Shown: piece by piece, positions 54,706 through 64,000 of the stretch
Position numbering within the stretch: position 1 is the stretch's first letter
How the letters are laid out: each line of letters opens with the position of its first letter
DNA from: Octopus sinensis
Lineage: Eukaryota
Length of the DNA: 64,000 bases
Direction: 5' to 3'
Assembly: GCF_006345805.1 (NCBI RefSeq)
Contig: NC_043006.1
Span: 78,430,001-78,494,000 of the forward strand
The notes under the pieces: model-generated
Told to the model about the DNA's origin: nothing
Databases searched by the model: none
The model's input: the letters and a program-made list of their open reading frames with translations, nothing else
Program-made: the position numbers and the translations under genes

Positions 54706-55150
54706 CATTCGACGGGCTTCTTCATTCAGTTTCCGTCAACCAAATCCACTCACAAGGCTTTGGTTTCCCGAGGCTATAGTAGAAGACACTTGTCCAAGGT
54801 GCCTTGCAGGCAGTGGGAATGAACCCGGGGCCATGTGGTTGGTAAGCAAGCTACTTACCACACAACCACTCCTGCTGATTCTGTATTGTATTCTTTGTAG
54901 TAATCTTTTCAGTTTGGATGCTTTATCCTGCATCTTTTGTTTCAACTCCTCAATAACAACGTTTATATCTTTCTTCAGCATATTATATCTCTTTTCTATT
55001 GCAAGATATTTATTTAGTTATCTCCAGTTGCTAAGTCGACCACACCAAGTTTTCCTCGTTGTCTCAGAAGTAGGAGAAAATCGTGAGATTGAGGTTGTAA
55101 CGTGGAGTCGTGGTGCGAGTGTAAGTGTATCTTTTTCAAGTGACGATGTA
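53450..55150 (-). mobile_element. Internally deleted, decayed R4/Dong-like LINE with (AAT)n tail
   Basis: WKAPGPD*VQG...SLHERIA; KSVLCQKDPSK...NYRPI joined directly to WEHKPPPVHENDHISLLWNFTIQTD; KLSKYKDL...IPVVIGALG. SINE insert at 54473-54875. Confidence 0.75.
54473..54875 (-). mobile_element. tRNA-derived SINE family 1 copy inserted in an R4-like LINE remnant
   Basis: Homology to family 1; LINE-derived sequence on both sides. Confidence 0.75.
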
Positions 55151-55344
55151 ATTTAGGATGCATGTGTGTGTGAGCGCGAGTAATCAAGTGTGTACGTGAC
55201 TGTGTGTCTGTCAGTGCCTGTGTGTATGTGTGCATGTTTGAGCGTATGTTTGTATGTTACTTCATGTGTGTGTGTGTTTGCGTTCGCGTGTGTATGTGTA
55301 CGTGTGCATTTGTGCGCGTGTATGTGTTGTAATGTGTGTGTGTG

Positions 55345-55378
<34 letters not shown>

Positions 55379-55487
55379 CATGTTTGAGCGTATGTTTGTA
55401 TGTTACTTCATGTGTGTGTGTGTTTGCGCTCGCGTGTGTATGTGTGCGTGCGCATATGTGCGCGTGTATGTGTTGTGATGTGTGTGT

Positions 55488-55540
<53 letters not shown>

Positions 55541-55784
55541 GGTGGGTGTGTGTGTGCGTGCATGTGCGACTGTGTGTGTCTGATCTTTCACTTCAAGGCG
55601 TCTCTGAATCTCAGTTTTTTTATACGATATTCATCAAGCTAACGAATAAGTAAGACAAAAACAATGAGATCAATTTGCTAATTGACTCGATTCAAAGCGT
55701 TTCATCGTTACGCGACGAAATGTGGCGAGCCGACGGAATCGTTGCCGCAACGGACAAAACGAGTAGCGGCGTTTCGTCCGTCTT

Positions 55785-56209
55785 TTACTCTTTTACTCTT
55801 TTAATCGTTTCAGTCATTTGACTGCGGCCATGCTGGAGCACCGCCTTCAGTCGAGCAAATCGAACCCGGGACTTATTTTTTGTAAGCCCAGTACTTATTC
55901 TATCGGTGTCTTTTGCCGAACCGCTTGGTGACGGGGACATAAACACACCAGCATCGGTTGTCAAGCAATGCTAGGGGGACAAACACAGACACACAAACAC
56001 ACACACACACACACATACACACATACACATATATATATACATGTATACGATGGGCTTCCTTCAGTTTCCGTCTACCAAATCCACTCACAAGGCTCTGGTT
56101 GGCCCGAGGTTATAGTAGAAGACACTTGCCCAAAATGCCACGCAGTGGAACTGAACTTGGAACCATGCGGTTGTTAAGCAAGCTACTTACCACACAGCCA
56201 CTCCTGCGT
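55785..56209 (-). mobile_element. tRNA-derived SINE family 1, full copy
   Basis: Homology to the other family 1 copies. Confidence 0.8.
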
Positions 56210-57479
56210 CTATACGTTCTGAGTTCAAATTTCACCGAGGTTCTCTTTGCATTTCATCCTTTCGGCGTCGATAAAATAAGTACCACTTGAGCACTTGAAT
56301 TTCAGCACAAAAGTTTCAGGCCATGTGCCCATAGTAGAAATGATTTTTATGCGACGAAAAGTAAAAATAACAAAAGAACATTTGCAAACAAAATAAATTT
56401 TATTTCATAACGTTGTTTTTTTAAACATAACTGTTGTTTATTTTAGTGTGTGACAAATACAAAGTGGGAGTGTGGCTTTGACCAATAGAGAAGTTTATAG
56501 AGTTAGAATACAAATACAAAAAATGATTCAATTGGAAATATTTGTTATATGTTTTAGTTAATCTTTTTAATTACAACTGATCGTCTTACTTTAATAATTG
56601 TAATTTAGAGAGAAAAAAAAAGCCAAGTGTTATGATGTCTTTAGATTACGCATAAGGTCACTTTTGGAAATGATGAATGACAGAAATATTAACTAACCAT
56701 AAGCACAGTAACTAGATTTATATTCTCAAACTCAGAGGGACAAAGTAAGAAAATCGGTCCCGTTATTGTTTGAATTAGAATATATAGTCGTTTATTTAAC
56801 AGGATTTGTTATTTCTGTCGGTTTATTTAGTTTAGTAATAGTGATTGTTGTTATAACTAGTGAAAAGAGATTAGGATGCATGACAATAATGTCGGCTGTA
56901 AGCACGTGTGTTTGTTTCTGAGTACGTGTTACACATGTAAGTATGTAAAGTATATTATTTTACTACTGAAGCCAAAACGTTTCGATGCCCTATAGTATAT
57001 CTAATAGTATATCTAATCACAACGGTTTCATTCTAAAGTTTCGGCTGGTATTTAGTATGATATTGATAATAATAATAATGATATTAGAATTAGTAGAAAA
57101 AATAGTTACTTAAGTACCATAGATAATAACCAACAAAACTAAATCTATGTTTAATATGACTGTACCTTACAACTTCGCTCATGACTTTGCACTAGAAATA
57201 TCGACTATTAACATCATTTCTTTTACTCCCTGTTTCATTAATAATATAAATATTGCAACTTTGATTTCTGCTTTGCATGATAATTAAGCGAAACTTTCTC
57301 AAACTCATCTGCGCCACTTTTTTGCCTTTGAAGATAGCTATAAATTACATATTCAGATATGAAATGCTCATAATTTATCTCCTAGTTTATATGATCATGT
57401 ATGAACGTATGATTTAATTCAAATTTAGCTCGCTCTGGTATTAGATTACGCGTTGAATATACAATATAATTATTAGCTT

Positions 57480-58131
57480 ATTTCCTTGCAAACAGTACAC
57501 CATTGACTGAAAAGGGATTTTCGTTTTTGTGTACTCGTTTTAGCTATTTTGAGCAAATCATTACAAATATAAGTACTTAAGTAGTATAACTTCTTCACTT
57601 TGATTTTAACGATTCAGCTATCATATGAAGTAATGAAAGATCAAAGACAAAAGGGCGCAGACTTTATTTGCTTTCAATTAGAGAAACAAACCCATTATAT
57701 CCCACAGACATTTTCAAGAAGGTAAACTAATTGCTTAACCTCACTTAGTTCTCACCCATAAACATTTATAGAATAATCCCATATTAAACATATCTGCTAT
57801 ATGTTATAAGTTATATTTCTTCTCAAATAGTATTTCTTTTTCATGGGAAAAGAACAATGAATAATATACATCGGAACGTTTATTGTTATGTAAATAATTA
57901 GTTTATAAGAAAATCTCATTTGTATTCGAAAATTTGTGTTGCTTTTCATGACAAAATATGCCAGCTATATACAATAAAAGAACCGTTTTGCCTTGTATGT
58001 GTGAGTGCGCGTGTGTATATACATATATATACACACACGAGACACACATACACACATAAATACATACGTACATACATACGTACGACCATACGTACACACG
58101 TACGTGTATGTATGTATGTACGTATGTATGC

Positions 58132-58164
<33 letters not shown>

Positions 58165-59387
58165 TGTATGTATGTATATATACTGAAGTAACTTAAAATA
58201 TTCCGAAAAATAATGCGCGGTTGCTTATTGTCTTAAGAACACTTTTGAACTGTTTTACAGTTTCAGGGCGTGATAAACAAATAAAGTTACATATTTCCTA
58301 CCCTCTAAACCTCACTCAACACAAATTTCGATGATATAATTTCTGTGAATATCATCTTTAATTTTCTGATTTCTAAACAGAGGTAATAATTTGAAGTAAT
58401 AAATGCTGAAAAATTACTTAAATACAGAAGTATAACTAGGCGTAAATATAACTATAGATATAAATATAACTAGATTTGTATTTTTGCATTAAAAAGAGTG
58501 CAGTGCAAATAATTGTATTAACTGGGTATATAAATAAATTACCATGATCTACAATTTAACCTTAAAGGATTTTCCAATGCTTTAGAAGATAATATCGGAG
58601 AAAAAGAATTGTTTATGGCCAGTAAAGCTGACGTGGAAATTATGAAACTTAGAAGGATGAAATATATGTGTAAATATTTACCAGTCTAAGAAAATTTAAA
58701 CGTATAAAACGAAGAAATTACAATATGATAAATGTATGTATGTGTATATTCATATATGCAGCGATTCGAATGAGTGGTAGATTGTGCCAAGATTCTACAG
58801 ATTACTTACAAATAGTATTTCAATGTATCTATCGAATAGAAAAGAGTTGTTTTTTAAGCACTAGTTAGATTTATTTTGAGCAAATCATAACAAACATATC
58901 ACAAGTTACCTGGTAGCATAGATTTCCCAGTTGACTTTTGGAGATTTAGCTATCATTTGAAGCAATGAAAGTTCAAAGACAAAAGAGCGCAGACTTTATT
59001 AACTTACAACTATGGAAATTCTTTATATCCCACATACTTTTTCTAATCATTCAACATGGCGAACTATTAAAACAAAATGTAAGCTAATTATTACATCACC
59101 TCATTTAGTTCTCACCCATAAACATTTATAGAATAATCCCATATTAAACGCACTATAAAGATGATCTGAACCCAATTATAGATTTTCTATCTTCCCAAAT
59201 AATGGTTTCATGAGAAAAGAACAATAAATAATATTCATTGAAATGTTTATGATTATGTTAATAGACAGTCTGTAAGAGAACCTCATTTGTAATAGAAAAT
59301 TTCAGTCGCCCTCCATGACAAAACACGTCAGCTATATACAATAAAAGAACCACTTTTTCTTTGTGTATGTGTATGTATATATATATA

Positions 59388-59436
<49 letters not shown>

Positions 59437-59990
59437 ATATATACATATATACACTTATGTCTTAAAATAGTTTAAAATGCCCCGAAAAAATTAACGTGCC
59501 GATATCTAATGAATTGAAAACTATTCTGAAGTGGATATTAGTCGCAGGAGGTGATATATTTTAATTTACACGCTTTGACAAAAGAAAACAATATCCGATG
59601 ATAATTTTTGTCAAGACCGTCGTTAAATTTCTTTCATAGGTAATAAATCCCGGGATATTATGCAGAAACTTATATACATTGACATTACTTAAATATAACT
59701 AGATCTTGTAATTTTGCATAAAAATGTATAATAAAAATATATGTTCTATCAGAGTAAATTAGACAATGAAATACCCACAAATCTCTTTAATATTTTACCT
59801 CAGTTCTTTAGAATATAATATATGGAGGGAAAATAAACTATTTCCTTCAAGTAAATCCCTCCCAAAACATGTGAAACTAATAAAGAAGAAGGAAACCTGT
59901 CTTTAAATATACACTTTTAGAAACTTTAGAACCACAAAACAAGTATAAAGAGAAATAAACTAATATCTTTGTCACTAATATGATAGGCAC
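57480..59990. repeat. Diverged tandem duplication, period about 1360 bp at the conserved core
   Basis: Colinear blocks such as ttttgagcaaatcat, caaagacaaaagRgcgcagactttatt, a 45-bp identical core (57745-57789 = 59105-59149), cagctatatacaataaaagaacc and aaatataactagat. Confidence 0.85.
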
Positions 59991-60110
59991 GCGGGTATGT
60001 GTGTGTGTACATATATGCCGAAATGAGTATTAGGGATATGTACCATCAACCTTTACTGTTAATATTTTTAATTAATGGTATTATGTGTTATAATCATTTA
60101 CTGCTAAATT

Positions 60111-60177
60111 TTTATTAGTGGAAGCATATGTCATAATTATTTACTGCTAAATTTTATCAAATATGTTCAGTTTTATT
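60111..60177 (-). terminator. Candidate polyadenylation signals of the plectin-repeat gene
   Basis: AATAAA on the minus strand (tttatt at 60172-60177 and 60111-60116), about 85-150 nt after the stop codon. The motif is common in AT-rich DNA. Confidence 0.3.
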
Positions 60178-60261
60178 AAATTCAAAACTCCAATTGAATT
60201 GGCTTTTGTTTCGATCCGGCCCTCTTCCTGGATAGGTTGGTTCATAATTTTCAGGAATCAG

Positions 60262-61216
60262 TTATTTCATGGCAGCCTTCATGGCATTAACCACCTTCAA
60301 GCCTTTTGTAATCTTATCTCGCACATTCTGAACTCTTTCAATGACAACAGTGTTTTCTGGGTTTATGTCTAATTTGCTTGGATCGGTTACCAAACGAGCC
60401 TTAATGAAACCTTGGGCAATAGCTTCACCGACAGGTATTCTGGCTCCACTAACATTGTGGATATAGATACCATTTTGTTTATCAAACAATCCCTGGGTGA
60501 TTGCCTCAGCGAAAGGCACTCTGTCTTTCTTTTTCTGATCAACAATAGAATGAACTGCATATGTTTTGGTCACAACTTCGGGTTTCGCATCTTTACTGCC
60601 AGTATATTCGATGATGACCTTCCCCATGTCAATGGCTTCTGGAATTGGAATAGTATCATCAGGGCCTTTTACATACACAGAATTTTTAATATCAAGAATA
60701 CCCTTCTTGACGGCATCTGATGTTGGAATGGGTTTGTTGGTGGACGGATCTACGACTTGCATAATGTTGTACGGACGGCTATCTCTGGTTGTTTTGATAG
60801 TTATCAAACCAAATGATCTTTTCTCTTCCCGAATTTTATTTCTTGTGGTCCACTCTAGTTTCACAAGTCCTGAATTCATGGCTTCTCTGATGGGCATGCT
60901 TTCTCTTGTGTAAGGATTAACATAACGGGCGTTTGTTTGATCAATGATTCCTCGTACAATAGCTTCTTGGAAAGATATAAGATTATTTGACAAAGGATCG
61001 ACAACGTCTTTTATGAAAAATGTTCTTTCTTCTTCCTCGATAGAAGTAACCACTTGCTCGGTTTCTGTCTCTTCTTTCTCAGTAGATACAGTGTAATCAC
61101 TAGAAATCATATCCTCCCTTGGAGTTTCATGGAGGGCAAGACTTTTGTTTACGACAGTTTGTTCAATTTGATCAACCTTACCAACAGTATCAACATCCAG
61201 GTTGGTGTCCCAAAAT
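60262..61216 (-). CDS. Terminal coding exon of a protein with about six plectin/plakin-type repeats
   Basis: Acceptor tttactttgcttttag|A at 61216, open to TAA at 60264-60262. Contains repeats of the form xxDPxTxxxIxxxEAIxxGxI (VVDPLSNNLISFQEAIVRGII; VNPYTRESMPIREAMNSGLV; VVDPSTNKPIPTSDAVKKGIL; TIPIPEAIDMGKV; IVDQKKKDRVPFAEAITQGLF; VSGARIPVGEAIAQGFI). Its phase-2 start matches the 61886 exon. Confidence 0.85.
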
Positions 61217-61885
61217 CTAAAAGCAAAGTAAATAAATGGTGTTTAAAGAAACAAAAATGTAACAGACGAACTTTAGAGTAAAGGATAAAAATAAACGTCG
61301 GAAAATAATCTATGAAGAAACGTCTTTCCTTTTAGATAGCAAATAGGAAAGAGAAGAACATGGACTCCAGAAGATTTATGATGAAAATAATTCCATAGAG
61401 CCTTAATCATGTGCCATTAGCCGAGCCTGAGTTGGACATCATTCAAATTTCATCATGATAATATATGTCCATACCGTCTACAATGTCACTGGTCACTTTA
61501 AAGAATTTATCAGAAATATTATATATACACCGAAATCTCAGTAAAGAATATGATTAAATAAGCAAAGTAAGTTGACTGATAGGCAGGTAGGTAGGTAGGT
61601 AGCAGGTGTATTCGTTTAGTTTAAAATAAAATGATAAATTCATAGTATATTCCTAAATACTTTTCTCGAAAGCAGCAAGAAGTGATTGAAAAAACAATTG
61701 GCTGCTATTTCTAGCAGGCAGAGTGACCACACAAAGAAAGGTTCTTCTTCGTTGTTTCACCCACTCCAACTTCCCACCTTCCCACTACTATATATTTATA
61801 TATAGTACAAAACAGGCGAAAAGATAACAAAAATAATTGATGAACGCATCAGGATTAAATTAATATTGTAATATTTAGAACTTAC

Positions 61886-62007
61886 CTAACGAAATGTGCT
61901 GTTGTCACAAACCGCAGTTGCTCCCACTTATCACAAACCAACACAAATTTCGGTTGCTTGAGAAGCTCTACAATTACCTTGTACGTCTCCCAGTAAGCCC
62001 AGAAGTC
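61886..62007 (-). CDS. Penultimate exon of the plectin-repeat gene (domain not recognised)
   Basis: Acceptor tttgatctttcacag|GAC and donor GTTAG|gtaagt; 122 nt, phase 0 to 2. Reads DFWAYWETYKVIVELLKQPKFVLVCDKWEQLRFVTTAHFV(R); AG+A = Arg joins the 61216 exon in frame. The other two frames contain stops. Confidence 0.72.
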
Positions 62008-62106
62008 CTGTGAAAGATCAAATAAGGAACTAGCTACAAGTATTGCTTTATGTTTTTTTAATATTTTTATTTTATTTTAAATCACCAGTGTAAAATAAAT
62101 TAATGT

Positions 62107-62351
62107 GCCCTTTTAAAGCCTAGCCAGGCTCGTGGGCCCGGTTTCCCGGTTTCAATGGCGTATGTGTTCCCCAGCTGGACGGGACGCCAGTCCATCGCAG
62201 CGTTACTCATTTTTGCCAGCTGAGTGGACTGGAGCAACGTGAAATGAAGTGTTTTGCTCAAGAACACAATGCGTCACCCGGTCCAGGAATCGAAACCACC
62301 ATCTTACGATCATGATGCTGACACCCTAACCACTAAGCCACGCGCCTCCAC
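62107..62351 (-). mobile_element. tRNA-derived SINE family 3
   Basis: Head GGAGGCGCGTGGCTTAGTGGTTAGGG...GGTTTCGATTCC and core gttcttgagcaaaacacttcatttcacg. A homolog lies at about 12730-12953 (-) and a related core at about 20345-20668 (+). Confidence 0.75.
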
Positions 62352-62469
62352 AAATCATCAGTGTACTCTTTCATAATTAATTTATAGCTAAAAGTGGTTA
62401 TGATGTGAATTGTAGTTTTCGTTTCCTCCTACGTGCAGTGTCACGTTTTTTCGGTTCCTTGTATGGTGT

Positions 62470-63100
62470 GTGTATATGTAAATAGAAGGATTAACGGAAA
62501 ATCCTATTTCTCTCATTTTAGAAACATTTCTCATGCCACCAGTAGACGAAATAGAAATGACGTTGCCCCAGAAGATAGCGAGAGATGTGCTGGAAAAGCT
62601 CTCTGTCTCACGGGGCTCGCACATGCGGACCGCAAACTACGTCCCGATAGCCGTGAGCAGGGACATGGTCTGGGGGCCAAGAGCGGCGGAGGTTACAACT
62701 GCTACAGGTGGAACCTAGGCTGGTAGCTGTGGAACATAGGCTGGTGGCTGACAACTCAAAGTTGCCACTGGAGAAGGTGTCACAGTATGTAACATCCCAG
62801 ATGAGGGGCCTAGCGTCATGGAACGGGAAAATTGTTATACCGTCCGGCTTTTTACCGTTCCCTCGGTTTAGTCCCGCTGGCTGGAGGTGGGAGAAGCCTG
62901 TGGCGTCTAGCCCGTTGCTTGAGAAGCTCCACAATTACCTAAGGGTGGTATGGCGTGGAAAGTGACCAGCTCTATGAGAGCATGAAAGTGGATGGAGGCC
63001 AATGGTTGGTTGAGTGCCTCAGTAACCCTGAGAACTATCTGAGAACTATCCGAGTGCAAGCTCCAGGTCAAGCTTCCTATGCAGTATAGGTCAAAGACTA
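62470..63100 (-). mobile_element. Decayed CRE-like non-LTR retrotransposon endonuclease region
   Basis: FPRHTTL...LDATGFSHLQPAGLNRGNGKKPDGITIFPFHDARPLIWDVTYCDTF matches the CRE-type motif RH..LN...LEP.GL.R.DGKRPDG.T..P...G..L.WD.T..DT. Confidence 0.65.
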
Positions 63101-63726
63101 ATACATACCACTTTTTGCCAGAGGTAGAAATAGCTTCACGTAGGGTCAACATACTTAGCTAGATAAGCAAAGTTACAAAAGTATCGATGGCAATTTAAAA
63201 CCAACAATACCAAAGAGCTGTAGGCAGTGCAGCAAAGTTCGAAAAGGAAGTAGGGTTCGAACTGGAGTAAAGCAGAAAATACAGCCCAAATTCGAGAACG
63301 GGGAAGAAAATTTGTCCTATATGTTCTATAGGAAGAGAATGGTTTAAGTGAAGAAGTTAGTATACAAAGCACTCGTCGTCATAACCAACGGAGTGCTTTT
63401 TCTTTTTCTTTTTCAGTGAAGACGAGTAGCTTAGAGGTTAGGCTTTTCGGCTCACTATTGTAAGGTCGTGAGCTCGATGCCCTTCGGCGTGTCTTGAGAA
63501 AGACATTTTATTTCATGTTACTCCAGTTTATTCAGTTGGCAAAAATGAGTAGTACCATTTAATCAAAATGGCCAGCCTTCTTACATTCTGTGCTACGCTA
63601 AATCTCCCTGAGAACTACGTTAAGGGAACGTGTATCTGTGGAGTACTAAGCTACTTGCACGTAAATTTCACGAACAGGCTGGAATGCAACTTTAGTATAT
63701 TAAGAGCAAATATAATTGAGCAATCG

Positions 63727-64000
63727 CAGGAGTGGCTGTGTGGTAAGTAGGTTGCTTACCGGCCACATGGTTCCGGGTTCAGTCCCACTGCGTGGCACCT
63801 CGAGCAAGTGTCTTCTATTATAGCCTCGGACCGACCAAAACCTTGTGAGTGGATTTGGTAGACGGAAACTGAAAAGAAGCCCGTCGTATATATGTATATA
63901 TGTGTATGTGTGTGTGTATATGTTTATGTGTCTGTGTTTGTGTGTCCCCCCAACATCGCTTGACAACCGATGCTGGTGTGTTTACGTTCCCGTAACTTAG
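63727..64000 (+). mobile_element. tRNA-derived SINE family 1 copy running off the window end
   Basis: gcaggagtggctgtgtggtaagtagg... Further partial copies lie at about 3660-3870, 35605-35767, 38690-38850 and 39145-39500. Confidence 0.85.

Noticed and set aside
55690-55785. CpG-rich patch as a promoter
   Set aside because: It resembles a diverged head of SINE family 4 (compare 19640-19700).

Overview
AT-rich, intron-dominated eukaryotic DNA, dense in microsatellites, tRNA-derived SINEs and decayed LINE and Penelope-like elements. The repeat content suggests an octopus genome (inference, not a database result). I see no CRISPR array, rRNA gene or genuine tRNA gene. Two protein-coding genes lie on the minus strand. 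The first is an LDL-receptor-related (YWTD beta-propeller) gene with two well-supported exons (14761-14311 and 2113-1861) and a tentative signal-peptide exon at 44612-44556. The second is the 3' end of a gene whose last exon (61216-60262) encodes about six plectin/plakin-type repeats. The strongest unexpected signal is a set of type I hammerhead ribozyme folds from at least four, possibly five, unrelated repeat families, read by eye. (1) A canonical GUC hammerhead occurs three times at 22.9-23.8 kb; two copies are in tandem 361 nt apart, a retrozyme-like arrangement that could release a small circularisable RNA. (2) A tRNA-headed SINE-like family carries a minimal hammerhead in its tail. (3) A hammerhead sits in a 468-bp 1.2-mer unit at 35 kb. 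(4) A long-helix-II hammerhead lies at 38 kb. (5) A possible U3-A8 variant lies in an inverted repeat at 25.5 kb. A diverged 1.36-kb tandem duplication at 57.5-60 kb keeps a perfectly conserved 45-bp core containing ATG plus a splice donor, which may be duplicated first exons of the LRP-like gene. All folds and gene models are manual and untested. Repeat boundaries are approximate.
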